Shown in pieces: positions 39,331 through 50,789 of a DNA stretch of 64,000 bases. The position numbers were made by a program, and so were the translations under genes. This DNA comes from Mobula hypostoma. Taxonomy: Eukaryota. Under the pieces are notes generated by a model. It was not told the origin of the DNA and did no database searches. It saw only the letters and a list, made by a program, of their open reading frames with translations. Each line of letters starts with the position of its first letter. Positions within the stretch are counted from its first letter, which is position 1. Location: contig NC_086097.1 in the NCBI RefSeq assembly GCF_963921235.1, positions 33,730,001 to 33,794,000 of the forward strand, given 5' to 3'.

Positions 39331-40048
39331 CTGTTTTGCACACTGTGGGTTCGCAAAGGTGTGGAGCAGAATGGAAGGGACAGTGCTAAAATTCATGCCC
39401 AGCAGCTGCGTTACCGAGGACTCCGTGATCTACGGGCTGTTCCCGGGGACGCACACGGAGACAAACATCCGGTGCTGCTGGCAGATCATCAATTCGGTGA
39501 AAGATGCTCTTTGGTCTGCCAGAAACTTGGTGGTGTGCCAGCACATGGAGATGCCCGTGACTGAATGCTGCTGACTGGCTCACTCTCGCCTGCAGGAGTA
39601 CGTGCTGAGGGATGCACTCAAGCTTGGTGCGGCCACCGTGAAGGCCCGGTGGGGAAGGACCACAGTTTAAGGTTCATCACCCGTGGGAGTGTGAGGGGTT
39701 GGGTGGGGAGGAGACTAACCCTCATCAGTGGTGTGGACAGATGAATCAACATGGTGCCCCAGGAGTGGGTGGAATTGTTAATTTGGAAAAGGAATTAGAG
39801 CCAATGCCTGCCTTTATTGTTGATAATTTTATTGTTAATAAGTCTTTACTCTTGACCAAGAGTTGAGAGTAAATGAACGATTTATTGTAAACATCTTTCA
39901 TTTGTATATGAACAGAGTCAACGCATAATTTTATTGTAAATAACTTTATTTATTGAATAAGGACTCAGAGTCAATGAATGTTTTTTCTTATATGTATATA
40001 ACTTTATTTTGTAATAATTCTGAATAAAGTATTTTTGGGAAAAAAAAA
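39331..40048 (+). mobile_element. L1/Tx1-clade LINE 3' end (ORF2 C-terminus, 3' UTR, poly-A)
   Basis: FAHCGFAKVW..IYGLFPG..CWQIINSVKDALWSARN..LQEYVLRDALKLG..ARWGRTTV* (TAA 39668-39670, one internal TGA at 39572); AATAAA at 40023 followed by an A tract. A decayed relative lies at ~32190-32300. Confidence 0.8.
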
Positions 40049-41409
40049 TCTCTGCGAGGAACTAACATTGTTTCCATACAGGCACGATTAGATGGATTTA
40101 GTAGACAAGGAGACATAGGATTTAAGATTTACATCTGAGGATTACTTGAATTTACCAGTACTTAGTCCATATTCTTGCATTCCTTGCTGTTACAAGTGCT
40201 TAGCTCAGTACTCAAGCATTGCATGAATCACCTCTTCCACTGCCTCACCAGTCTATGCTAATCTGCAGCTTGCTGTATCTGAATCTGTATTGGGGGCTTT
40301 AATGCATTATAACCCTTGTGGTAGCATCTCAAGTAAGCTTTTGTAGATATATTTGCTTTTACTGTATCAGTGTGATGCTGGAATACCTGTGTATGTGCAA
40401 GTATGATTGATAGGGATCTCTCTTGGGTAGAGAATGCTGAGATTAAGTTTTTTAACATCAGGATATGATCTTACCAGAGAATCAGAAGTAGTTTCAGAGA
40501 CATTGGGTTTCTAAGTAGTTGAATCCCAGTGGTCACGTTAATAGTGGAGCTCTATTAAAAGAACAGAAGTTGTGCCCAACTTAGTTTTCCACATTAAGTG
40601 TGTACTAGCTAAAATCACCCAGTCAGCAAATTACGGGAACATCAATACGTCTGATCAACCTATTCTTTATTTGTGTGACAGTGATTGAGAACAAGCAACA
40701 GTGGTAGAAATAAACAGAAATGTTGAATATTCCATAAATGACAAGAGGTGCAGAGATTGGAGGAGTTGTGGATGGAGCTGTAGGTTGTCGAAGGTTACAA
40801 GAGGACATAGACAGGATGCAGAGTTGGGCAGAAAAGTGGCAGATGGAGTTCAATCTGGATAAGTGTGAGATGATGCATTTTGGAAGGACAAACCAGAAGA
40901 CTGAGTACAGGGTTAATGGTCGGTTACTCAAGAGTGTGGATGAACAGAGGGACCTTGTGGTTCAAATCCATACATCCCTCAAGGTCACTGCACAGGTTGA
41001 TAGGATAGTTAAGAAGGCCTATGAGATGCTAGGCTTCACTAATAGGGGGATTGAGTTCAAGAGCAGAGAGGACATGTTGCAACTCTACAAATCTCTGGTG
41101 AGACCACACTTAGAATATTGTGTTCAGTGCTGGTCACCTCATTATAGGAAGGATGTGGAAGCTATGGAGAGGGTGCAGAGGAGATTTATAAGAATGTTGC
41201 CTGGATTGGAAAACAAGTCTTATGAGGCAAGGTTAGCAGAGCTGGGACTTTTCTCTTTGGAGCGTAGAAGGATGAGAGGGGACTTGATAGAGCTCTACAA
41301 GATTATGAGAGGCATAGATAGGGTGGATAGCCAGCACCTGTTTCCCAGGGCACGAACAGCGAACACCAGAGGGCATATGTACAAAGTTAAGGGAGGGAAG
41401 TTTAGGGGA

Positions 41410-44026
41410 ATACTCACAACATGCTGGAGGAACTCAGCAGGTCGGGCAGTATCCGTGGAAAAGATAGGTCGACGTTTCAGGCCGGAACCCTTCGTCAGGA
41501 CTGTAGAGGGAAGGGGCAGAGGCCCTATAAAGAAGGTGGGGGGAGGGTAGGAAGGAGAAGGCTGGTAGGTTCCAGGTGAAAAACCAGTAAGGGGAAAGAT
41601 AAAGAGGTGGGGAAGGGAGGCAGGGAAGTGATAGGCAGGAAAGGTGAAGAAAGAATAGGGGAAAACACAATGGGTAGTAGAAGGAGGCGGAACCAAGAGG
41701 GAGGTGGTAGGCAGCTGGGGGAGGGGGCAGAGTGACATAGGGATAGGGGAAGGGAGGGGGAGGGAATTACCGGAAGTTGGAGAATTCTATGTTCATACTA
41801 AGGGGCTGGAGACTATCTAGATGGTACATGAGGTGTTGCTCCTCCAACCTGAGTTTAGCCTCATCATGGCAGTAGAGGAGGCCATGTATGGACATATCTG
41901 AATGGGAGTGGGAAGCAGGGTTGAAGTGGGTGGCTACTGGGAAATCCTGTCTGTTTTGGCGGACGGAGTGGAGGTGCTCGGTGAAGCGGTCCCCCAATCT
42001 GCGTCGGTTTTCACCGATGTAGAGGAGGCCGCACCGGGAGCACCGGATGCAATAGATGACTCCAACAGACTCACAAGTGAAGTGTTGCCTCACCTGGAAG
42101 GACTGTTTGGGGCCCTGAATGGTGGCAAGAGAGGAGGTGTAGGGACAGGTGTAGCACTTACGCTTACAGGGATAAGTGCCGGGTGGGAGATCCGTGGAGA
42201 GGGACGTATGGACCAGGGAGTCGTGGAGGGACCGATCCTTGTGGAAGGCGGAGAGAGGTGGAGAGGGAAAGATGTGCTTAGTGGTGGGGTCCTGTTGAAG
42301 GTGGCGGAAGTTGCGGAGGATAATGTGCTAGATCCGGAGGCTGGTGGGGTGGTAGGTGAGGACAAGGGGAACTCTGTCCCTGTTGTGGTGGCGGGAGGAT
42401 GGGGTGAGAGCCGAAGTGCGGGAAATGGAGGAGATGCGGGTGAGGGCATCACTGATGATAGCAGAAGGGAAACCACGATCCTTAAAGAAAGAGGATATTT
42501 GAGATGTCCTGGAACCGAAAACCTCATCCTTGGAGCAGATGTGGCGGAGATGGATGAACTGGGAATAGGGAATAGCACTTTTGAATGTGGCGGGGTGGGA
42601 AGAGGTATAGTCGAGGTAGTTATGAGAGTCAGTGGGCTTGTAGAAGATGTCAGTGGCAGTCTGTCTCCAGAGATGGAGACCGAGAGATTGAGAAAGGGGA
42701 GAGAAGTGTCCAAGATAGACCAAGTGAATTTGAGGGCTGGGTGGAAGTTAGAAGTAAAGTTGATGAAATTGACGAGCTCAGCATGGTTGCAGGAAGCAGC
42801 ACCAATGTAGTCGTCAATGTACCGAAGGAAAAGTTGGGGAGCAGTACCAGAATAGGTTTGGAGCACCGACTGTTCCACATAACCAATGAAGAGGCAGGCA
42901 TAGCTGGGGCCCATGTGAGTTCCCATAGCTACACCGCTGGTCTGAAGAAAGTGGGAATCGCCGAAAGAGAAGTTATTGAGTGAGAACCAGTTCCGCCAAC
43001 CGGAGGGTAGTGGTGGTGGGGAATTGGTGAGGTCTATTAGCCAGAAAGTAGCGGAGGGCTTTGAGGCCTTCTTCATGGGGAATGGAGGTGTATAGGGATT
43101 GGACATCCGTCGTGAAAATGAAGCAGTTGGGACCGGGGAACTGGAAGTTATTGAAGAGGTGGAGGGCATGGGATGTATCCTGGATGTAGGTGGGGAGAGA
43201 CTGAACTATGGGTGACAAAATGGAGTCCAGGTAGGCAGATACAAGTTCAGTGGGACAGGAGCAGGCAGAAACTATGGGTCTACTGGGACAGTCAGGCTTG
43301 TGGATTTTGGGGAGGAGGTAAATCCGAGCGGTACGGGGTGTGGGAATAATGAGTTTAGCGGCTGAGGATGGAAGGTCTCCGGAGTTGATAAGGGCGGTGA
43401 TGGTGCGGGAGACAATGGTTTGATGTTTTTTGGTGGGGTCCTGTTCCAGGGTAAGTAAGAGGCGGTGTCAGAGAGCTGCCGTTTGGCCTCAGTGAGGTAG
43501 AGGTCCGTCCGCCAGACTACTACAGCACCACCTTTGTCGGCGGGTTTGATGGTGAGGATGGGATTAGTGTGGAGAGAGTGGAGGGCAGTGCGTTCAGAGG
43601 GAGTGAGGTTGGAACAGGAGATAGGAGTGGTGAAGTTGAGACGGTTGATGTCTCGGCGACAGTTGGAGATAAAAAGATCGAGTGCAGGTAGAAGGCCTGG
43701 GCGGGATGTCCAGGAGGAGGAGGAGGGTTAGAGACGGGAGAAGGGGTCATCAGTAGGGAGAGGGGAATCCTTGCCAAAGAAGTAGGCTCGGAGACGTAGG
43801 CGACGGAAGAAGAGTTCAGCGTCATGGCGGGCACGGAACTCTCTGAGGTGTGGACGGAGGGGGGCAAAAGTGAGGCCCTTGCTCAGCACAGAACGTTCAG
43901 CCTCAGAGAGGGGAAGGTCAGAGGGGATGGTGAAGACACAGCAAGGGTTGGGGCTGGGTCAGAGGAGGGTAAAGGTGGGAGGTTTCAGGAGGGAGAGGGG
44001 GGTTGGGATGTTCAGAGAGAGCGGGG
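41410..44026 (-). mobile_element. Penelope-like element (Neptune-type), ~2.6 kb, RT plus GIY-YIG, frameshifted, 8-bp TSD
   Basis: FTTDVQSLYTSIPH, GVAMGTHMGPSYACLF, FLRYIDDYIG, DIFYKPTDSHNYLDY, VIYCIRCSRCGLLYIGE. TTAGGGGA at 41402-41409 and 44027-44034. Confidence 0.95.
41467..41503 (-). ncRNA. Minimal hammerhead ribozyme motif
   Basis: AGUC-CUGACGA-AGGGUUCCGGCCU-GAAAC-GUC-GACC. Confidence 0.78.
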
Positions 44027-44424
44027 TTAGGGGAGACATCAGGGGTAAGTTTTTTACACAGAGGGTTGTGGGTGCCTGGAATGACTTGCCAGGGATGGTG
44101 TTGGAGGCTAAAACATTAGGGGTATTTAAGAGCCTCTTGGACAGGCACATGGATGAAAGAAAAATAGAGGGTTACGGGGTAGTGTGGGTTTAGTACTTTT
44201 TATTAAAGAATATATGGGTCGGCACAACATCGAGGGCCAGAGGGTCTGTACTGTGCTGTAGTATTCTAGTGTCTAGATTAGGAAATTGTAATGTTGTGAG
44301 GGACCTGCATGTTCTGGTACAAAAGACAATGAAAACTGACAGGCAAATACAGCAGGCATTTTGTAAGGCAAGTGATATCACAAGGGCTTTGAGTACAAGG
44401 TTAAGAACAGATGATTATTGGACT

Positions 44425-44945
44425 TGGAATTGGTTTATTACTGTCACATGTACAGTGAGAAGCTTATCTTGCACACTGTTTGTACTGATTAATTTAAGAT
44501 GTGGTGCACAGCGGTGGAACAAAATAAAACAGTAACAAATGCAGAACAAAGTGTAACAGCTACAGATAAAGAGCAGTGTAGGTAGACAATCAGGTGCAAG
44601 GTCATGACGTGGCCAAGAATCCAGTTTATCATTCTAGGGAACTATTCAGTACAAGAGCCGATAGAAGCTGTCTGGACCCTAATGCTTTCAGGCTGTTGTA
44701 TCTTCTACCCAAGAGGAGAAGAGAGAATGTCTGGGGTGGGCGAGGACTTTGACTATGCTGGTTTCTTTACTGAGGCAGTGAGAGATATAGACAGGGTCTG
44801 TTGAGGGGAGGCTTGTCTCCGTGATGTGCTGAGTTGTGTCCGGACTCTCTGCCGTTTCTTGTGGGCAGATGCACAGCAGTCACCCTACCAAGCTGTGACA
44901 AATCCAGGTCGGATGCGTTCATGTGCATTGATACACGTCCTTGAA
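44425..44945 (-). mobile_element. Rex1/Babar-type 3' fragment
   Basis: Tail ggaattggtttattactgtcacatgtac; reverse complement of the TAW.G.C.A..R..LQRV-type region. Confidence 0.65.
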
Positions 44946-46233
44946 GGAGCTGAAGATTCAGTAATTGATTGAGTGCAAAATGATCAAAACAAGCGGAATC
45001 ATACAAGCAATTCCAGACCCCATCCTGGCAAATCAACCTAAGCTCCTGATCTGTGATGATCCCAGCCCCCAACCTCACTCCATTTCCAGCTATCCGTTTA
45101 GCGCACACTTCAGACCCTCATTCTGGCTGCTAACCCACCCATCTTCCTGACTCCTGATGTTCTCACTCTGATTGAGTCTTCAGCCAGGCACTGACTTTTT
45201 ATATTTGCTTGTTGTCAGCATAGGACTTCAAATGCAATCTATCTCTTGTGATGGAATCTGTCTCTATTCACCAAGCACCAGGGAGAACCTTTCAGAGGAA
45301 CAAGTGATGCTTTATCAGTGGTCTTCAGAATATATGGCTGAGAATGCAGATCCGTGGATACTAGATCAGTGAATACTGACAATTTAGTGTACACCAACCA
45401 GTTGGACAATGGACTGCTCGATTGAGGGGAAAGTACACTTGCTCTGGGCTTTCTCATTGCCATAAGTAGGAGAGAGCTGAACTGCATATACAAACAAGAG
45501 AAAATCTGTGGATGCTGGAAATCCAAGCAACAGACACAGAAACTCAGGCCTGCTGAGTTCCTCCAGCATTTTTGTGTGAATTGCATATATATACTTACTG
45601 TAATTCTTTTTTTCTCTATATTTATTTATTATGTATTTCATTGTACTGCTGCCGTAAAGTTAACAAATTTCTTGACACATGCCCGTGATATTAAACCTGA
45701 TTCTAATTCTGAATTGGTCATTCAGATCCCAGGGAACAATAACCAACCTTTGTTTAACAAGCCGACTGAGATTGTGCAGAGGGCATAGTTTCACTATTTT
45801 AGGGCATGTTGAGCAGAATTAAGGCCATTCTTATTAACAGAGTGAATATAATTATCACTTCTTTTGTTAGCATTTTGGGCATTGCAATATACTGCAATGT
45901 TTTCCTGTCACTGTTGCTGCCTTTATACAATACCCTGTGCTCTACTAATGAGAAATAAAGACTGAACGATTTGCATTAACTCTCTATTTGATTTAACAAC
46001 CTTGGATTACCTTTGTAATTCTTGGTCTACAGCTAAGCAAGGCAAAGAACTTAGAGAGAAAGACGAAGAACTGTAGGAGTCTAGGACCAGAAGTCACAGC
46101 CTCAGAATAGAGGGACGTCCATTTAGAACAGAGATGGAGAGGAGTTTCTTCAGCCAGAAGGTGGTGAAGCTGTGGAATTCCTTGCCACAGTTGGCTGTGG
46201 AGGCCAGGTTATTGGGTGTACTTAAAGTGGAGG

Positions 46234-47283
46234 TGTCACAATGGCGGGGGCATTGGGAGCAAGGGTGGACCCAAATGCAAGACACATCTTGTGAGGTTAC
46301 GGTATGGACTCCGAGCCAGAGACTGGGCAAGGACCCAGTACCTAGGTCTTGCCTCGGGCTTGGACTCCAGAACCAGGCATGGACATGACATGGGCTAGGG
46401 AGAGAAGGAACATGGAAGAATAGAGCCTTGGTCTCAGGAGAGCAGATACATGGAACCATGGACACATACACAGAACACAGAGTCGGGACCCCTCCTTGGA
46501 AACAGGACATAGGGCCGGGACTCATGACCCCTGCGGGGCAATGGCAAGATGGCCTGACTTACCCCACGGAGGCGAGGACAAGACAAGACCAACACCAAAG
46601 AACAACACAGTTCCCATCTAGCTCCAGCGATAGAACAAGACCGAGGTGCAGGCGAGGGCTACAGACGAGGGCTAGAGGTGAGAGGGGAAGAGAAGGGATT
46701 CAGACAGGGGGGTAGGACAGGAATCACAGACCGCCAGGGCCAGGACTTGACTAGGTACTCGGATGCCGCCAGGGCCAGGACGACTTGGTACTCGGATGCC
46801 GCCAGGGCCAGGACTTGGACTTGGTCGTGGTACTTGGATGCCACCGGAGCCAGGACGTGGTACTTGGAACCTCTGGGTAGTGGCGAGCTCTAGACTCGGC
46901 CCAGGAACAGTAGACAGCGGCTCCTGATTCTCTCCGGCGGGTTAACTGACGGACCCACCTTGATGAGGAAACTTTGCAGACTTGCTTTGGCGAGGTAACT
47001 GGACAGGGTTGCTCTGGTGAGGAAGGGCGAATTACTGGCACTCGCTTCGGCAGAGACTAAGCTTGCTCCGGCCAGATGACATCAGCGCACCGTACCTTTG
47101 ATGACTTTTCAGAGGCACCCGTGCCAAACGGCTGAAAGCCGGAGACTATAAACTACCGGTTCAGCCGAACGTTAATTGCCTCTAATCACCAAAGCCGAGG
47201 GACACGGGAAAACAGGGAATCAACGGTCTGGATGGTAACATAAACAAGGTAAATTTAAAGGGACCCCAATCCAGGCCATGACA
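46234..47283 (-). mobile_element. Solo LTR, 1050 bp (Gypsy-like)
   Basis: Termini TGTCA...TGACA; 5-bp TSD GGAGG at 46229-46233 and 47284-47288; CpG-rich. Orientation inferred from a tgcatttgggtcc..tgaca end. Confidence 0.88.
46731..46868. repeat. Imperfect tandem repeat inside the LTR (~4 units of ~30-43 bp)
   Basis: Unit approximately ccgccagggccaggac(n)ggtactcggatg. Confidence 0.85.
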
Positions 47284-47482
47284 GGAGGTTGATAGGTTCT
47301 TGATTCATCAGGGCGTCAAACAATATATGGAGAAGGTAGGAAAATGGGATTGAGAGGGATAATAAATCAGCCATAACAGAATAGAGGAGCAGACTCAAAG
47401 GGCTGAATGGCCTAATTCTGCTCCCATGTCTTATGGTTTTATGGCCTAAGAATGGTTTTGTAATTTTGAGTAGTGATTACCC

Positions 47483-47488
47483 TTTATT
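47483..47488 (-). terminator. Candidate RIN3 polyadenylation signal (AATAAA); a second candidate lies at 48395-48400
   Basis: tttatt on the plus strand, ~970 nt past the stop codon. Hexamer match only. Confidence 0.25.
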
Positions 47489-48455
47489 TACATATCCTCC
47501 AAGGTGACCTTTTGTTCCCACTATCTCCCTCCCACTTTCATTTCTATTTGTCATTTAAACTCAAATAATATAGAGAAAATATTCAGCAGGTTTGGATCAG
47601 AACTGGAATTATTTAATCTCTTCTGAGTTCCCCTATCAGAGACCTTTTTTGTTCTTTCTTCCCCCTCCCTCTGTTCTGCATCATAAAACCTCTTCTCCAC
47701 TTCTAATGACCTAGACCTCCGACCAACCTGTCTTAATATTTTCGTTTAGTTAACTCTGCTAGATGTTGCTATTGTTGGATTCTCTTGCCCTGTCTTTATC
47801 TCACCCTCCTGTTCAATTTAAAGATATGCAGCTGTTGTAAGATTATCATAGGCTCACAAACCAATGTCCTGTCTGTGCCTTCAGTGTGAGGCTAGTCCAT
47901 TACTCCTTACTGTATGTCCATTCTCTTCTAACTAGGGATGGGCATCCTCGAAAGCCCCAGAAAGCTATCTTGTTCCATTTGTCATTTTCCATGCTGGTTG
48001 GGACCACAATACTTCATGAAACCATAAAACAAGATCTAAACTGTTGGGAATTTACTCTGTAATTTCAATATGTCTTGATACATTCAAATCTGACAAATGT
48101 TCCAAAGATCCCTTTTGCAAGTTTCCATTTATAATAATGGTGTTAAGACCAAAGTACAGATACAAAGAGAAATAAGATTGTATTTACATTGGTTATAAAA
48201 TGTATAAATAAACTTGATTTAGAAATAGTCCAGGATATTGAAAACCGAAATGGTCAGCCCTACACTAACAAGGAGGCGAATATATGGAAGTTCCGGTGAA
48301 AATCAAAACTGAAATGTGCTTTCACATTTTCCCTTCAGGTGCTTGCTGAACTAGGAGCATTTGTTGATCCCCTTTCAGATTTCCAGCCTCCGGTTTTATT
48401 TTTCTTGTGATGTGTGGAAGGAAGAAACCATGGTCAATTGTCAGCGAAAGAGAAA

Positions 48456-48767
48456 TCAGAAGGATGGGAGGTCCTTTATGGGTGGGTTTTCAGGCTCTTC
48501 TGCCTGATTTGCCTGCTTGTATATGAAGTAATGGTCTTTTTGTGGCTGCATCTTCCGAAGGATGGACTTGAGATGGTGAGGGACTGCGTTAGCAGCCAGT
48601 TGCATGCTCCTCTCCTCCACTACAAGGTGCACGCAGTAGTCCTCGGATTCTGAGACTCCAAACTTCTCAGCACACTGTTTGGACAGCTTCTCTGCAGTTG
48701 TCTCCGGGTTTATGGCAAATGTTTTGATGTTGCACCCATACTCTAAGAAGCACACGCTCAGGAAATC
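48456..48767 (-). CDS. RIN3: RIN3 terminal coding exon: Ras-association (RA) domain and stop
   Basis: Acceptor cattttgcAG|GAT at 48768/48767, phase 0, compatible with the upstream exon. Translates DFLSVCFLEYGCNIKTFAINPETTAEKLSKQCAEKFGV...QLAANAVPHHLKSILRKMQPQKDHYFIYKQ...DLPSF*, TGA at 48458-48456. DF..V..LE, QCAEKF and QLA..A.PH..K motifs fit the RIN3 RA domain. Confidence 0.92.
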   Translation of the reverse strand, partial: DFLSVCFLEYGCNIKTFAINPETTAEKLSKQCAEKFGVSESEDYCVHLVVEERSMQLAANAVPHHLKSILRKMQPQKDHYFIYKQANQAEEPENPPIKDLPSF

Positions 48768-48837
48768 CTGCAAAATGCGTAAGAAACAGATTGAAATGGA
48801 ATGAAAAGGCAACAGACGTAAACTGCATTTATCATTA

Positions 48838-48854
48838 CCAGTAGAGGGCGCTAG
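48838..48854 (+). promoter_or_regulatory. Candidate CTCF site in the last RIN3 intron
   Basis: CCAGTAGAGGGCGCTAG is a close match to the CTCF core, ~70 nt from the terminal-exon acceptor. Confidence 0.5.
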
Positions 48855-49102
48855 ATACTGTAATCACAGCCTGCCATTTCTTTCGAACGAAGGAATTCAA
48901 TCATTATTTATTTATTAAATATTAAATTTTTATTTACAATTACATTTTCCCCAAAAGGTGTCAGTTTTTTTTAGGGTTATTAATGCCCTGCTGCTAGCAT
49001 TGTTATTGGAGGAATGGGAATTCTGACAGAGCTCGTTATCTCTCCGGTCCAGCTCCTGTATTTTCTGCTCTCAATTAACTAACCACTGATAGTAGAAAAA
49101 AA

Positions 49103-50532
49103 CACACGAGAAAGTCTGGAGATCCAAAGCAACACCGCCAAAATGCTGGAGGAACTCGGCAGGTCAGGCAGCATCTATGGAAATGAATAAAGAGTCAACG
49201 TTTTGGGCTGAGACCCTTCTTCAGGACTGAAGAGGAAGGGGAAAGGCAGCAGAATTAAAGGGGGGGGGTGGGAGGGAAGGAGGATAGCTAGAATGTGATA
49301 GGTGAAGCCAGGTGCAAAAGAAAGTTAAAGGGATGGAGAAGAAGTAATCTGATAGGAGTGGAGACCCAGGGGGAGGAATTGGGTAGGTGAGAAGAGATAA
49401 GCATCCGGGGAAGGGAATTAAAGAAGAAGGGAGGGGGAGAGAAGTTTTTTACTGGAAGGAGAAATCGATTTTCATGCCTTAGGTTTGGAGGCTACTCAGA
49501 TGGAACATAAGGTGTTGGCTCCTCCACCCTGAGGGTGTGGCCTCAGATCAACAGGTTGGAATGGGATTGGGAATGGGAATCAGAATTAAGATGTCTGGCG
49601 GATGGAGTGCAGGTGCCCAACAAAGCGGTCCCCCAATTTACAACGGATTCACCACCGCAGAGGAGGTTGTACCGGGAGCACCAGGCACACCAGACGACCT
49701 CAGCAGATTCTCAGATGAAGTGTTGCCTCACCCGGAAGGACCGTTTCGGGTCCTGAATGGAGATGAGGGAGGAGGCGTACGGGCGGGTGTCGCACTTTGT
49801 CTGCTTGCAGGGGCAAGTGCCCGGAGGGAGATCAGTGGGGAAGGATGAATGGGCAAGGGAGTCACGGAGGGAGTGATCACTGCCGAAAGCGGAGTGAGGG
49901 GAGGTAAGGGTTGGTTTAATAATAGGATCCCTTCGGAGATGGCGGGAGTTGCAGGGAATGACGTGTTGGATGCAGAAGCTCATGGGGTGGTAGGTAAGGA
50001 CCATTGAGGTGGCGGGATATTTGGGAAATGGAGGAAATGCAGGTAAGGGCAACATCAATGGTGGAGGAAGGGGAACTCCATTCTTTGAAGAAGGAGGGAA
50101 ACCCGATGTCCTGGAAAGCAGGAGGAGCAAAAGGAGAAGTTGTTGAGGGCGAGGACTAGTTCTGCCAGGCAGACGAGGGTGGTAGTGGAGGGAAGCTGGT
50201 TGGGCCTTTTATTGAGAAAGAAGCGGAGAGCTTTAAGGTCTTTTTGATGGGGGATGGAAGTGTATAGGGACTCGACATCCATGGTGAAAATGAGGCAGTC
50301 TGGGCCAGGGTAGTGAAAGTTACTGAGAACATCCAGAGCAGAAGAAGTGTCACAGACGTAGGCTGGAAGGGACTGAACCCAGGGGGACAGGATGGAGTCG
50401 AGGTATGATCGCAAAGCCTGGTGAAGTATCTTGGCCTGAAACATTGGCTCTTTATTCCTTTCCATAGATGCTGCCTGACCTGCTGAGTTCCTACAACATT
50501 TTGTGTGTGTTACTCTGGATTTCCAGCATCTG
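49103..50532 (-). mobile_element. Decayed Penelope element with an inverted copy of its 3' end at the 5' side (50414-50532)
   Basis: IFTMDVESLYTSIPHQ, PGTCPCKQTKCDT; 49103-49230 and 50414-50532 are inverted copies, each with a decayed hammerhead motif. Confidence 0.85.
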
Positions 50533-50789
50533 CCAAAGCTGCGATCTATGGGCCCAAGAGTTCATCCCTTGTAAGATTACACGGCCAAATGCTGGAAACA
50601 TGGGAGATCCCTTACAAATGATGGAATCTCACATGTGTGTAATATGGCTGTTGTCTTGTAAAAAAAGAGTCACCGAAATACGTTTCACATTATTTTGGAA
50701 AATTAAACATTTTTAGGACTTGATTCAAGAAGACAACATGAATATTTATAAAAACTGGACACATGAAATAAAAATTCAACACACTGTAA

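Larger units (their letters stand above)
40746..44280 (+). mobile_element. CR1 3' part split by a Penelope insertion (CR1 at 40746-41409 and 44027-44280)
   Basis: ORF 40738..41550 RT C-terminus reads ..KVKGGKFRG and resumes GDIRGKFFTQRVVGAWNDLP after 44027. Confidence 0.93.
46073..47445 (+). mobile_element. CR1 3' tail split by a solo LTR
   Basis: ...ttaaagtggagg | ttgataggttcttgat... rejoins across the insertion. Confidence 0.85.

Noticed and set aside
41902..43169. Long ORFs of 302 aa (+) and 359 aa (-) as novel genes
   Set aside because: The plus ORF is the antisense shadow of the Penelope RT; the minus ORF moves in and out of the RT frame through frameshifts.
46731..46868. Short repeats with variable intervening sequence, superficially CRISPR-like
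   Set aside because: Only ~4 degenerate units with related, very short spacers, inside a eukaryotic LTR, no cas genes. It is a minisatellite.
1..48000. Exons of LGMN or another neighbouring gene
   Set aside because: No legumain motifs or other convincing spliced ORF found in the unique stretches (2100-2900, 3880-4690, 19220-20380, 36520-37160, 44950-46070); very small exons could have been missed.
48395..48400. AATAAA ~55 nt after the RIN3 stop as the definitive poly-A site
   Set aside because: Adjacent to a decayed Penelope-end-like fragment (ttcagatttccagc) and unsupported without transcript data; kept only as an alternative candidate.
48768..48812. ORF-track N-terminal extensions of the RIN3 exons (also 58054-58087 and 57842-57889)
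   Set aside because: Intronic read-through beyond canonical splice sites.
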